A DNA stretch of 64,000 nt, taken from an uncultured Actinomycetes bacterium (GTDB lineage Bacteria; Actinomycetota; UBA4738; HRBIN12). The stretch lies in the NCBI GenBank assembly GCA_963816425.1, contig CAWFKP010000005.1, positions 23,693 through 87,692 on the forward strand. Reading direction: 5' to 3'. The position numbers and the translations under genes are program-made. The notes under the pieces are model-generated. The model did no database searches, had not been told where the DNA came from, and saw only the letters and a program-made list of their open reading frames with translations. Positions 46,282-57,327 of the stretch are shown here, piece by piece. The stretch's first letter is position 1. Each line of letters begins with the position of its first letter.

Positions 46282-49053
46282 ATGGGGACGATCGAAGTCG
46301 GCACCACAGGGCGCGGGTCGCCTCCGTATCAGCTTCGGCCGGAAGACGTGGTCGCTGCGAGTGGCTCCGACGTCGACCGAGGGCTGACGGCCGCCGAGGC
46401 TAACCGGCGGCTCGCGACCGAGGGTCCGAACGCGATCACCGCCGAGAAGCCGCCGTCGACCGCCGCAGTGGCCCTCGCGCAGCTCCGCAATTCGATGAAC
46501 ATCATGCTGATCGCGGTCACGATCGTGAGCTTCGCGATCGGCGAGGTCTCGACCGGGATCATCGTCGCGCTGCTGATCCTGCTGAACGTCGTGCTCGGCG
46601 CGCGGCAGGAGCTGAAGGCACGGGCGAGCGTGGACGCGCTGTCCAAGCTCCAGGTGCCGCAGGTAAAGGTGCTCCGCGACGGCGAGCTCTCGCTCGTGGC
46701 GGCTGTCGACGTCGTGCCGGGGGACATCGTGGCCCTGGAGGCGGGCGACATCGTGCCGGCCGACGGTCGGATCGTCCGCTCGGCGACGCTCGAAGCGCAG
46801 GAGGCGGCGCTGACGGGCGAGAGCGCTCCGGTGCCGAAGGACGCCGGCGTCCTGAGCGGCGAGGTCGCGATCGGGGACCGGAGCAACATGTTGTTCCAGA
46901 ACACGTCGGTGACGCGGGGGACGGGCGCGATCGTCGTGACCGCGACGGGGATGGGCACGGAGATGGGCCAGATCGCGACGATGCTGACCTCCGTCAAACG
47001 TACGAAGTCGCCCTTGCAGAAGGAGCTCGACTCGCTCACGAAGGTGCTCGGGATCATCGCGTGGACGGCGGTGGCGTTCATCGTGGTGGTCGGGGCGATC
47101 CGTGGGTTGCCGCTGGACGAGCTGCTCCTGCTCGGCACCGCCATGGCGATCTCGGCGATCCCGACCGGTATGCCCGCGTTCGTCTCGGGCTTGCTGTCGC
47201 TGGGTGCGAAAGAGCTCGCCGAGGCGAAGGCGGTCGTGAAGAACCTCACCGACGTCGAGACCTTGGGCGCAACGAGCGCGATCAACACCGACAAGACCGG
47301 CACGCTCACGATGAACCAGATGATGGTGTCGACGCTCTACGCCAACGGGGCGTGGTTCACGGTGGAGGGCGAGGGCTACCGCAAGACCGGCGTGATCGCA
47401 GCCGCGGCCGGCACCGAGGTGCCCGACTTCACCCGGCTCGGGCTCGGGCTGTGTCTGGACAGCGACGCAACCGTGAGCGACGACGGCGGCGTCGTCGGCG
47501 ACCCGACCGAGGCCGCGCTCGTGGTGCTGGCGGCGAAGCTCGGCGTCGACACCGAGGAGACCCGGCGGGCGTATCCGCGTGTGGCAGAGGTGCCATTCGA
47601 CTCCGACTACAAGTTCATGGCGACGTTCCACGAGCTCACGATCGACGGCCGGACCCACGTGATCGAGCTCGTGAAGGGAGGCCCCGACGTCGTGCTCGCA
47701 CGGTGCACGCAGGCGGGCGGTCCGATGGCAGACGAGCAGGTGCCGATCGCCGAGGCGCGCGCGGAGATCGACGAGGCGAACGCGCGCATGGGGGAGCAGG
47801 GCCTGCGCGTCTTGGCGTTCGCGGCCCGGTTCCTCGACGAGGGTGAGGCGGCGAGGGTTGCAGAGGACCCGATGGCGCTCACTCAGGGTCTTGGGTTCGT
47901 GGGGATGGTCGGGATCATCGACCCGCTGCGGGCCGAGGCCAGGAGGGCAGTTCATACCGCGCTCGCGGCCGGGATCGACGTGCGGATGATCACCGGTGAC
48001 CACGCGGTCACGGCCCAGGCGATCGGACAGCAGCTCGGCCTGGGGCCGGGGGCGATCAGCGGCGGGGAGCTGCAGGCACTGTCCGACGAGGAGCTCACGC
48101 GACGGCTGCCCGAGCTGCACGTGTTCGGCCGCGTCTCGCCGCAGGACAAGCTTCGGCTCGCCCGGACGATGCAGGCGCAGGGGCTGATCGTCGCGATGAC
48201 GGGCGACGCCGTGAACGACGCCGCCGCCCTCAAGCAGGCCGACATCGGTGTTGCGATGGGCAGCGGGAGCGAGGTGACGAAGCAGGCCGGACGGATGATC
48301 CTGACCGACGACAACTTCGGCACGCTCGTGCACGCCGTCGAGATCGGGCGCAAGGTGTACGACAAGATCACGTCCTACGTCCGCTTCCAGATGACGCAGC
48401 TGCTCGGGCTCGTGATGCTGTTCGTCGCGGCGACGGCGTTCAACGTGAACGAGGGCGTGGCGCTCACGCCGACGATGGTCCTGTTCCTGCTGTTCTTCGC
48501 GACGGCGATGGGGGTCGTGATCATCGCGGTCGACCCGGGCGACCCCGACGTGATGCATCGGCTGCCGCGGGATCCGTCGGTGCCCATCGCGAACCGGTTC
48601 GCGATCACGCAGTGGGTCGTATACGCGTTCGCGCTGTTCGTGGCCGCGTTCCTGCCGTTGGTGACCGGCCCGGACGAGCCGAGCACCGAGCACGCGAGCG
48701 CCGCGATGACGATGACCTTCGTGGTGATGGGCCTCGGCACGGCCTTCAACGCGCTCACCAACCGTCGCGATCCGACCTCCGGGCTCGCACCCCCGATCCT
48801 GAAGGCGATCGGGTTCGGCTCGATCACGGCCGCCCTGCTGTATCTCGGCACCGAGCTCCCCCATCTCCAAGGCTCGTTGCTGACGACGCCGCTCACCGGG
48901 GTCCAATGGCTCGAGGCGATCGGGCTCGCGCTGGTGCTCCCGATCGTGATCGAAGGCTGGAAGTGGATCCGGCGGCGCCGCTTGCCCGCCGCCGCCCCGG
49001 TCGACCCGCGCCGGGTCGTCGAACCGGCGCGCGCCGTCCCCGTCACGACCTGA
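46282..49053 (+). CDS. cation-transporting P-type ATPase (P2-type, Ca2+/CtpF-like)
   Basis: 923-aa ORF. It has an N-terminal cation-ATPase domain (LTAAEANRRLATEGPNAI), TGES, the phosphorylation site DKTGTLT, MITGDH and MTGDAVNDAAALKQADIGVAMG. Confidence 0.9.
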   Translation: MGTIEVGTTGRGSPPYQLRPEDVVAASGSDVDRGLTAAEANRRLATEGPNAITAEKPPSTAAVALAQLRNSMNIMLIAVTIVSFAIGEVSTGIIVALLILLNVVLGARQELKARASVDALSKLQVPQVKVLRDGELSLVAAVDVVPGDIVALEAGDIVPADGRIVRSATLEAQEAALTGESAPVPKDAGVLSGEVAIGDRSNMLFQNTSVTRGTGAIVVTATGMGTEMGQIATMLTSVKRTKSPLQKELDSLTKVLGIIAWTAVAFIVVVGAIRGLPLDELLLLGTAMAISAIPTGMPAFVSGLLSLGAKELAEAKAVVKNLTDVETLGATSAINTDKTGTLTMNQMMVSTLYANGAWFTVEGEGYRKTGVIAAAAGTEVPDFTRLGLGLCLDSDATVSDDGGVVGDPTEAALVVLAAKLGVDTEETRRAYPRVAEVPFDSDYKFMATFHELTIDGRTHVIELVKGGPDVVLARCTQAGGPMADEQVPIAEARAEIDEANARMGEQGLRVLAFAARFLDEGEAARVAEDPMALTQGLGFVGMVGIIDPLRAEARRAVHTALAAGIDVRMITGDHAVTAQAIGQQLGLGPGAISGGELQALSDEELTRRLPELHVFGRVSPQDKLRLARTMQAQGLIVAMTGDAVNDAAALKQADIGVAMGSGSEVTKQAGRMILTDDNFGTLVHAVEIGRKVYDKITSYVRFQMTQLLGLVMLFVAATAFNVNEGVALTPTMVLFLLFFATAMGVVIIAVDPGDPDVMHRLPRDPSVPIANRFAITQWVVYAFALFVAAFLPLVTGPDEPSTEHASAAMTMTFVVMGLGTAFNALTNRRDPTSGLAPPILKAIGFGSITAALLYLGTELPHLQGSLLTTPLTGVQWLEAIGLALVLPIVIEGWKWIRRRRLPAAAPVDPRRVVEPARAVPVTT

Positions 49054-49066
49054 AGGAGAGCTGAGG

Positions 49067-49870
49067 ATGGCGAAGAAGAAGAACAACGACGACGCAAGGC
49101 GCATGAAGCGCAAGGAGTACGAGCGCGAGATGGCGCGGCTGCACGGCGAGCTGGTCGCGATGCAGGAGTGGGTGAAGCGGACGGGCGCCAAGGTCTGCGT
49201 CGTCTTCGAGGGGAGGGACACGGCGGGCAAAGGGGGCACGATCAAGCGCATCACCGAGCGGGTCAGTCCGCGCGTCTTCCGGGTGGTGGCGCTGCCGGCA
49301 CCGACCGACCGGGAGAAGTCCCAGATGTACATCCAGCGCTATATCCGCCACTTCCCGTCGGCCGGGGAGGTCGTGATCTTCGACCGCAGCTGGTACAACC
49401 GCGCCGGCGTCGAGCGCGTGATGGGGTTCTGCACGCAGGAGCAAACCGACCGGTTCCTCGAGCAGACGCCGGCCGCCGAGCGAGCGATGGTCGACGCCGG
49501 GATCGTGTTGCTGAAGTACTGGCTCGAGGTTAGCGCCGACGAGCAGACCCGCCGCCTGGAGAGTCGGATGCACGACCCGCGCAAGGTCTGGAAGCTCACG
49601 GACATGGACCTCAAGTCCTACAGCCGCTGGTACGACTACTCGCGGGCGCGGGACGCCATGTTCGAGGCGACCGACACCGCGTGGGCGCCCTGGTTCATCG
49701 CCGACACGAACGACAAGAAGCGCGGACGGCTGAACATCATCACGCACTTGCTGAGCCAGCTCCCGTACGAGGCGCTCGAACTGCCGGACGTCGAGCTGCC
49801 GAAGCGCCAGTCTCGCGGCAGCTACGACGAGCCAACCTTGCCGCTGCGGCTCATCCCGACGCCGTTCTAG
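49067..49870 (+). CDS. ppk2: polyphosphate kinase 2 (single-domain PPK2)
   Basis: 267-aa ORF. It has FEGRDTAGKGGTI (Walker A), FDRSWYNRAGVERVMGF and the lid-region motifs typical of PPK2. Confidence 0.85.
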   Translation: MAKKKNNDDARRMKRKEYEREMARLHGELVAMQEWVKRTGAKVCVVFEGRDTAGKGGTIKRITERVSPRVFRVVALPAPTDREKSQMYIQRYIRHFPSAGEVVIFDRSWYNRAGVERVMGFCTQEQTDRFLEQTPAAERAMVDAGIVLLKYWLEVSADEQTRRLESRMHDPRKVWKLTDMDLKSYSRWYDYSRARDAMFEATDTAWAPWFIADTNDKKRGRLNIITHLLSQLPYEALELPDVELPKRQSRGSYDEPTLPLRLIPTPF

Positions 49871-49997
49871 CTGCGCTCGGGCGAGCAGAGCGTTCTCCCA
49901 CGGGAAGGGCGGTCCGAACGGGACGTCGACGACTTGCGTCATCGCGCCCGGGTGCGGCAGGGTGAAAGGGTCGAGTGTGCCGATCGAGGGGGGAGCG

Positions 49998-51032
49998 ATG
50001 CGTTCGTCTTCTATCCGTGCGGCCGCGATCGCGATCGCGGTGAGCTTCGCGACGATAGCCACAGCCGGCAGTGCCCACGCCGCCGTCACTCAGGTTCCGC
50101 TGCCCGCCCATGTCTACGCCCCGTATTTCGAGACCTGGACGACCGATTCGATCAGCGCGACCTCGTCCGCATCGGGCGTGAAGTACTTCACGCTCGCCTT
50201 CCTCGAGACCACGGGAAAGCAATCCTGCACGCTGGCGTGGAACGGTGTGAAGACCCAGACCGTGGCCTCAGGCCGGTACCTGTCGGACATCGCGACGCTC
50301 CGCTCGGCCGGCGGCGACGTGATCCCGTCGCTCGGCGGGTGGAGCGCCGACCAGGGCGGGACCGAGATCGGCGACTCGTGCAGCAACGTCGACTCGATCG
50401 CCGCGGCGTACGAGCAGCTCGTGACGACCTACGGTGTGACCCGGATCGACATGGACATCGAGGGGCGGTCGCTCACGCGGACCGCCGGCATCGATCGCCG
50501 CAACAAGGCGATCGCCAAGCTCCAGGCATGGGCGGCCACGAACGGGCTCACCGTGCAGGTGCAGTACACCCTGCCGACGTCGGCCAACGGGCTTGAGGCC
50601 AGCGGGCTCGCCGTGCTTCAGAACGCCGTCGCCAACGGCGTCCGGATCGACATCGTGAATCCGATGGTCTTCGACTATTACGACCGCGTGACCACCGAGA
50701 TGGGCGGCGCTGCGGTCACCGCGTCGCAGGGGCTGCACAACCAGCTGAAGACGATGTTTCCGGCGAAGGCCGACTCGGCGATCTGGGCGATGCAGGGCGC
50801 GACGATGATGAACGGCGTCGACGACTACCCGAAGCGAACCGAGGTCACCGACCTCGGCGACGCGCAGCAGATCCTGGACTTCGCCAGAGCCAACGGGATG
50901 AGCGCCCTGTCGATCTGGGCGATCCAGCGCGACAACGGGAATTGCGCCGGCGGTGGGGCCGCGAACGACTGCTCCGGCATCGCCCAGGGCACCTGGGACT
51001 TCAGCCACCTGCTCTCGCCGTTCACGGGCTGA
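49998..51032 (+). CDS. secreted glycoside hydrolase family 18 (class III chitinase-like) protein
   Basis: The ATG at 49998 follows GAGGGGGGAG. It has the signal peptide MRSSSIRAAAIAIAVSFATIATAGSAHA and the catalytic DxxDxDxE-type GVTRIDMDIEG. Confidence 0.75.
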   Translation: MRSSSIRAAAIAIAVSFATIATAGSAHAAVTQVPLPAHVYAPYFETWTTDSISATSSASGVKYFTLAFLETTGKQSCTLAWNGVKTQTVASGRYLSDIATLRSAGGDVIPSLGGWSADQGGTEIGDSCSNVDSIAAAYEQLVTTYGVTRIDMDIEGRSLTRTAGIDRRNKAIAKLQAWAATNGLTVQVQYTLPTSANGLEASGLAVLQNAVANGVRIDIVNPMVFDYYDRVTTEMGGAAVTASQGLHNQLKTMFPAKADSAIWAMQGATMMNGVDDYPKRTEVTDLGDAQQILDFARANGMSALSIWAIQRDNGNCAGGGAANDCSGIAQGTWDFSHLLSPFTG

Positions 51033-51093
51033 ATCCGCGCCGAGCACCACGCCGCCCTATGCTCGAACCATCGACGAGCGAGGGGGCGGAGCG

Positions 51094-51630
51094 ATGCGAC
51101 GAGCGATCACGATCGTGTGCGCGGGCGCGGTGCTGCTGGCGGGAAGCGTGTGGGCGGTGGCCGCCGCGAACGCGGACCGGACCGGTGAGCGCGCGGCGAC
51201 ACAGACCGGCATCATCCGGGCCACGCGGTTCTACGGCGTCGGCCCGTCGGCCCGGTACAGCGGCGACAGCGGCTCGATCGTCGGCGTGCCCGACCTGCGG
51301 CTGACGTTCCCGGCCGGGGCCACGTACGACGTGGTCGTCACGATCTCGATGGACTACCGCACCTCCGCGGGCGATCGGACCATCGTCTCGGCGCCGGTTC
51401 GCCGCGGTGGCGAGTTCGGCGACGTGATGCCGGTCCTCCCCATGTCTCGGGCGCTCGCCGAAGCCACGAGGCGATCCTCGACAACGGTGATGTTCCGCCT
51501 CTCCGACCTGCGCGGTGGACGCCGATACCGGTTCGGGCCCTCCGTGAACGTGAGCCACAGGGTTGGCGATCGCGCGTCGATCGTCACGAGCCACGTGCTG
51601 CTCGTCGTCGAGGCGACGCCATCGGGCTGA
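51094..51630 (+). CDS. secreted hypothetical protein
   Basis: The ATG at 51094 follows GAGGGGGCGGAG. It has the signal peptide MRRAITIVCAGAVLLAGSVWAVAAA. I recognise no family. Confidence 0.45.
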   Translation: MRRAITIVCAGAVLLAGSVWAVAAANADRTGERAATQTGIIRATRFYGVGPSARYSGDSGSIVGVPDLRLTFPAGATYDVVVTISMDYRTSAGDRTIVSAPVRRGGEFGDVMPVLPMSRALAEATRRSSTTVMFRLSDLRGGRRYRFGPSVNVSHRVGDRASIVTSHVLLVVEATPSG

Positions 51631-51686
51631 ACCCGGTGCGGTGGCGAGGGCCGTTCCCGCAGGTAAACTGTGCGGTCGCGACCCGG

Positions 51687-51758
51687 GGCGGGGTAGCTCA
51701 GAGGTAGAGCAAGCGGCTCATAATCGCTGTGTCGCGGGTTCGAGTCCCGCCCCCGCTA
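51687..51758 (+). tRNA. tRNA-Met (anticodon CAT), elongator type
   Basis: Hand fold: acceptor GGCGGGG/CCCCGCT (G1-U72), D arm GCTCAGAGGTAGAGC, anticodon stem AGCGG/TCGCT with loop CTCATAA, T arm GCGGGTTCGAGTCCCGC. It lacks the three G-C pairs of an initiator anticodon stem. Confidence 0.85.
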
Positions 51759-51801
51759 CGAAACCACGGAAGCAGACGAGATATCGCAAGGAGCAGGTCA
51801 G

Positions 51802-52988
<1,187 letters not shown>

Positions 52989-52997
52989 GGGATTCGT

Positions 52998-53165
52998 ATG
53001 GCAAAGAAAGAGGGCAACCGCCCCAAGATCACGCTCGCGTGTACCGACTGCAAGCGGCGCAACTACAACACGGTGAAGAACCGGGTGAACGACCGGGACC
53101 GCATCGAGTTCAAGAAGTACTGCCGCTGGTGCCGCCAGCACACGCTGCACCGCGAGACGCGCTGA
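52998..53165 (+). CDS. rpmG: 50S ribosomal protein L33
   Basis: 55-codon ORF that is not in the supplied track: [55 protein letters not shown]. It has two CxxC pairs and starts 9 nt after tuf. Confidence 0.9.
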   Translation: MAKKEGNRPKITLACTDCKRRNYNTVKNRVNDRDRIEFKKYCRWCRQHTLHRETR

Positions 53166-53189
53166 CGCGAGCGCGACCCAAGACGCAAC

Positions 53190-53217
53190 GAAGGCCGGCC
53201 CTGAAGGGCCGGCCTTC
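53190..53217. terminator. GC-rich hairpin between the convergent rpmG and response-regulator genes
   Basis: GAAGGCCGGCCC-TGAA-GGGCCGGCCTTC is a perfect 12-bp stem. Confidence 0.65.
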
Positions 53218-53232
53218 GTCGTGGTGGGGGGC

Positions 53233-53965
53233 TTAGACGACGCGCTCGAGGCCGTCGGTGGCGACCTCGAGCGCGCCACGATCCGACGGGGCCAGACCGG
53301 GAGGGGTGGTCTTGCCGAAACGGATCGCTGCCACGACGGCATCCGTCTTGGAGTGGACGCCGAGCTTGGTCAAGATGTTCTGGGTGTGCGTGCGCAAGGT
53401 GTGTCGGGCCATGCCCAGCCCTTCCGCGATCTCCTCGGGGGACATGCCATCGGTCATCGCCTGCAGGATCTCGAGCTCACGCGGCGTCAGCCGCTCGATC
53501 CGGCGCTGGAGGTCGCGGTCCCGCTCGGAGCGCGCGCGCTCGGCGCGCAGCACCCGGTTGACCTCCTCGGGCTTGTGCAGCGGCTCGCCCCGGGAGGCGC
53601 GACGCACGGCCTTCACCACGTCGTCGATCGCGGAGGTCTTGGCGAGCATCCCGCGGGCGCCCGCCTGGATCGCACGGGCGAGCGACGCGTCGTCGCCCTC
53701 GCCGGTGAGGATCACGATGGCCGAGCGACCACCCTCGGTGCGGATGCGTCGTGTCGCCTCGATGCCGTCGGTGCCCGGCATGCGCAGATCCATGAGGACG
53801 ACGTCGGGTTGGCGCTCCAACGTTTCGGTGATCGCCATCTCGCCGTCGTCGACGACCTCGATGACGGTGAGGTCGTTCTCCTTGTCCAGGGCGATCTGCA
53901 TCGCCTCGGCGAACGACCGATGGTCGTCGGCGATGACGACGGTGATCTGGTGTGGTCTCCTCCAT
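53233..53965 (-). CDS. NarL/FixJ (LuxR-type HTH) response regulator, probable frame break in the first ~6 codons
   Basis: It has a receiver domain (ITVVIADDH...VVLMDLRMPGTDG...AIVILTG) and a LuxR HTH (LTPRELEILQAMTDGMSPEEIAEGLGMARHTLRTHTQNILTKLG). The only good ATG (53965, MEETT..) is offset by one base from the receiver frame. Confidence 0.8.
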
Positions 53966-54133
53966 GACGTGGCGATGGTAGGCCCCAAGGGGGTCGGTTC
54001 CGCGTAGGCGGAGCAACCCATTTCGCATGTCCCCCGATGAGGGGACAGCAGAAAGCGCACCCAGCACGTTCGGGCCATGACGGCATCAAATCCGTTGACA
54101 TGCGATGCGAAGCACGCTTAGCGTGCGCGCCCG

Positions 54134-54522
54134 ATGAACCCCGCCGCCGAAGGCACCGTCTATCCCGAGGTGTCCTTCGACGTGGACCCCGCCCGGGTGG
54201 CGGCGTTCCGCGCCGTCTTCGGACAGTCTTCGGGCGTGCCGCCGACGTTCGTGACGGCCGCCGAGTTCACCGTCTTCCCGCAGGTGATCGGGGACCCGAC
54301 GCTCGAGTTGGACTTCACGCGCGTGGTGCACGGATGGCAGGAATACGTCTTCGAGCGGGCGCTTGTCGAGAGGCGAGACACTCGTCGTCCGCGCGCGGAT
54401 CGAGACGCGTCAAGACGAAGGGCGGCACCGGGTTCCTCACGATCCTGACGGAGCTGTTCGACGCGGACGGATCACTCGTGTGCACGGCGAGGTCGCAGAT
54501 GATCGAGCGGGCGCCGACGTGA
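54134..54522 (+). CDS. MaoC-like hot-dog protein, HadA-like non-catalytic subunit; frame broken twice (about 54367-54372 and 54403-54410)
   Basis: Pieces from ORFs 54134..54448, 54363..54941 and 54037..54522 join as ...HGWQEYVFERALVEGETLVVRARIETVKTKGGTGFLTILTELFDADGSLVCTARSQMIERAPT-stop. The locus position between rpmG and tRNA-Trp matches the actinobacterial had locus. Confidence 0.6.
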
Positions 54523-54941
54523 GGCCGATCGCCGACGTTGCCGTAGGGGACGAACTGCCCGATCTGGCCCGCGTCGTGACGGCCGAGGACGTGCGCGCCT
54601 ACGCCGACGCGGGCGGCGATCAGAACCCGCTGCACCAGGACGACGCGGTCGCCCGTGGCGTCGGGTTCCCCGGGATCATCGCGCACGGCATGTTCACGAT
54701 GGGCCACATGGCCGCGGCCGTCGTCGCGTGGTCGGGAGACGCCCAGGCCGTCGCGCGCATCTCGGCGCAGTTCCGCGCGCCGGTGTTCATGGGCGAGGAG
54801 ATCGTCGCCGGTGGCCGGGTCGTGACGTTGGACGCCGACGCCGGCACGGCCACGGTGGACCTCTGGGTGCGCGTGCAGCGCGACGGCGTCACGGAGTGGG
54901 CGATCAGGAAGGGACGAGCGGTCGTCCGCCTGGCGACATGA
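54519..54941 (+). CDS. MaoC-like (R)-specific dehydratase, HadB-like catalytic subunit
   Basis: The GTG at 54519 overlaps the upstream stop (GTGA). It has the hydratase-2-type motif YADAGGDQNPLHQDDAVA followed by IIAHGMFTMG. Confidence 0.75.
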   Translation: MRPIADVAVGDELPDLARVVTAEDVRAYADAGGDQNPLHQDDAVARGVGFPGIIAHGMFTMGHMAAAVVAWSGDAQAVARISAQFRAPVFMGEEIVAGGRVVTLDADAGTATVDLWVRVQRDGVTEWAIRKGRAVVRLAT

Positions 54942-54986
54942 GAAGGGCGGCCCGGAGGCCGCCCTTCACTGCGGGAACGCAGTCGG

Positions 54987-56615
54987 TTACGCGATGTCGC
55001 GCCGAACCCCCGACATCGCCCGGATCGCGTCGGACATGCGATCCACGACGATCTGCAGATCGTTGCCGACACCTTCGTCGACGCGGATCGACAACCGGTC
55101 GATCTTCTGGCCGAGCACCTCGGCGACCTTGAGCATGGACTCTGCCTGCCCCTGGCCCTCGCGGTGCAGCTGGTCGGCCACCTGCTGGAACCGCACGTCG
55201 ATCGTGCCCAGCATGTCGGAGGCCATCCCGGCCTGGAGCTCCTTGATCGAGCGGAGCACCGAGCGGAGCAGTTCCGCGTCGAGCGTCTCGGTCTGTGCGG
55301 TATCTGCCGTGTTGAGGGCCTCGACCTTGGTGGCGAGCGCCTGGCTGTCCGAGCGCACGAGCCGTGCGATCTGTGCCATGCGCTCGTCGATGTGGGTGAG
55401 CATCCGCTCCTCGAACGCCTGCTGACCCTCGGCGACCATCTCGTCGAGCCCGTCGACCGCGCCTGCGGCCGAGCTCATCCGCTCGAGGTTGCGCTCCATC
55501 GAGGCCGCCGTTGCGTTCGACAGCGCGAGCACCTGCTCGGCGATCGTCCGCTCCAGCAGGTCCATCCGCTCCTCGACGACCTGCGCCAACGCGCCCATGC
55601 GCTGGTCGATCGTGCGTGCGAGCGACGCCTCGTCGAAGACGACCTGGCCGTCCTCGCCCGTCACGAACGACGGGGCGGCCATGCGCTCTTCGACCAGCTT
55701 CTGCAGGGCCATCGAGTCCGAGCGGACCAGCTCGGCCATGCCGCGCATCCGCGCGTCGATCATGCGCTCGATCGCGCTCTGCAGCTGCTCCTGATCGCGC
55801 CCGTGCAGGCCGACCTTCTCCTTGATCAGCTCGAGCTGGCCCATCACGTCCTCGCCCGTGACGTTCACGGCGTCGATCACGTGCTGGGTGATGTTGTGGT
55901 CCTGCAGCACGAAGAGCTTGGCGTGCTCCTCGATCCGCTGTGCGAGCCGCCCGATCGCCTCGGCGCCGCCCTGCACGTAGGACTGCATCGACTCGACGAT
56001 GCGCGCGGTCTCGTTCGTGATCAGCTCGCCGTGCTCGCGCACCTGCCGCTCGAGCTGCTCGGCGATCTCTCGGTCGCGCTCGTCGAAGTGCGTGAGCGTC
56101 TCGGCGAGGTGCGCCTCGACCTGCTCGAGCTGGGTGCGTACCATCTCCACCCCGTGCAGCGTGGGGGACTGGGAGATCTCCCGGATCGAGTCGGACGCGG
56201 CCTCCATCGCCTCGCGGGTGCGGCGCTCGGACTCGGCCAGGTCGGCCAGGTTGTCTTCGAGCCGCGCGGTCCGCATCGCGATGGCCTGGAACCGCTCGTC
56301 GCTGGTGGTGATCAGCGACCGGATCGCCTGATCCCGGGCGAGGAGGGACATGATGCGCTCCTGCTCGGGGCGGACGTCCTTGGCGGAGGTACGCCACACC
56401 TCGGTGGCGACCTCGCGGAGCAGGCCGGTGGCCTGGTCCTCGATCTGGCGCATGCCCGCCTCGACCCGATCGTCGACCGCGCGGCGCACGGTCTCGTCGA
56501 GCCGTGTTTCGGTCTCCGTCATCGGATCGGCCGGGGCCTGCTCGCGACGGGGGAAGAGCCCACGCCGAAGGAGTCCGGACTCCTCCGGTGTGTGGGTCGT
56601 TTCGCTGGTGTCCAT
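54987..56615 (-). CDS. 542-aa acidic coiled-coil protein of unknown function with an internal repeat
   Basis: The ATG at 56615 lies within ORF 54987..56822, whose upstream codons would run through tRNA-Trp. It has no TM segment or signal peptide and is heptad-like and rich in E/R/A/L/Q. IERMIDARMRGMAELVRSDSMALQKLVEERM is repeated as FEERMLTHIDERMAQIARLVRSDSQALATKVE. Confidence 0.55.
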   Translation of the reverse strand: MDTSETTHTPEESGLLRRGLFPRREQAPADPMTETETRLDETVRRAVDDRVEAGMRQIEDQATGLLREVATEVWRTSAKDVRPEQERIMSLLARDQAIRSLITTSDERFQAIAMRTARLEDNLADLAESERRTREAMEAASDSIREISQSPTLHGVEMVRTQLEQVEAHLAETLTHFDERDREIAEQLERQVREHGELITNETARIVESMQSYVQGGAEAIGRLAQRIEEHAKLFVLQDHNITQHVIDAVNVTGEDVMGQLELIKEKVGLHGRDQEQLQSAIERMIDARMRGMAELVRSDSMALQKLVEERMAAPSFVTGEDGQVVFDEASLARTIDQRMGALAQVVEERMDLLERTIAEQVLALSNATAASMERNLERMSSAAGAVDGLDEMVAEGQQAFEERMLTHIDERMAQIARLVRSDSQALATKVEALNTADTAQTETLDAELLRSVLRSIKELQAGMASDMLGTIDVRFQQVADQLHREGQGQAESMLKVAEVLGQKIDRLSIRVDEGVGNDLQIVVDRMSDAIRAMSGVRRDIA

Positions 56616-56794
56616 ATCGACGCCTCGCTTGTCCAGGGGGCCGCGCGTGGTCGTCCGAGGCAGCATAGGGCTACCCACGGGCGGACTCACGTATCTGACG
56701 TGGGGAAATGCAGCGAATGTCCGGGGGGTCTTGAGACCCTTCGAGCGGGCTATACTGGGTCGCCCGAGGCCTCGATCTCGGGGACCGGCGTTGA

Positions 56795-56868
56795 AGGCGC
56801 GTAGCTCAATTTGGCAGAGCACCGGTCTCCAAAACCGGGGGTTGGGGGTTCAAGTCCCTCCGCGCCTG
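56795..56868 (+). tRNA. tRNA-Trp (anticodon CCA)
   Basis: Hand fold: acceptor AGGCGCG/CGCGCCT, D arm GCTCAATTTGGCAGAGC, anticodon stem CCGGT/ACCGG with loop CTCCAAA, T arm GGGGGTTCAAGTCCCTC. Confidence 0.9.
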
Positions 56869-56879
56869 CAAGGAGCAGC

Positions 56880-57188
56880 ATGAATCGTGAGATGAAGCGA
56901 GCCCAGGCCAAGGCCGAGCGGCAGCAGAAGGCCGCCGGCACCGACCGGCGTACCGCCGCGCCGGCGACGGCTACCAAAAGGGCTGCAACGCAGGAGAAGC
57001 GGAAGCGCACCGGGGCGCGGCAGTTCCTGAAGGAAGTCCGCCTCGAGATGAAGAAGGTGGACTGGCCCACCCGGACGGAGCTGATCACCTACTCCACGGT
57101 GGTGCTCGTCACGATCACGTTCATGACGGCCTTCGTGTTCGGCGTCGACTACGTCTTCACGAAGTTCCTGTTCCCGATCTTCAACTGA
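56880..57188 (+). CDS. secE: preprotein translocase subunit SecE (long basic N-terminal extension)
   Basis: The ATG at 56880 follows AAGGAG. It has the C-terminal [45 protein letters not shown] and sits just upstream of nusG. Confidence 0.85.
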   Translation: MNREMKRAQAKAERQQKAAGTDRRTAAPATATKRAATQEKRKRTGARQFLKEVRLEMKKVDWPTRTELITYSTVVLVTITFMTAFVFGVDYVFTKFLFPIFN

Positions 57189-57327
57189 CGGCGGCCGCGC
57201 CCGACTTTTTGCCGGGGGTCGGGTACCGCTCCTATACTGGGCGAACACTGGGTTGCGAGGGGTTCCTCCCGCTGCCCTCTTTGCGGTTCGACCCGCATCC
57301 CGTGAACCACGAACGACAAGGACCATC

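Noticed and set aside
46171-49332. 1053-aa minus-strand ORF, the longest in the window
   Set aside because: It lies exactly antisense to the P-type ATPase gene, whose DKTGTLT/TGES/GDAVNDA motifs are unambiguous. The antisense product is Arg/Gly/His/Pro-rich with no motifs. This is a typical shadow ORF of a high-GC gene.
55164-56804. 546-aa plus-strand ORF opposite the coiled-coil gene
   Set aside because: It is Arg/Gly/His/Leu-rich low-complexity translation of the antisense of a heptad-repeat gene, and it would run into tRNA-Trp. The minus-strand product has coherent coiled-coil periodicity.
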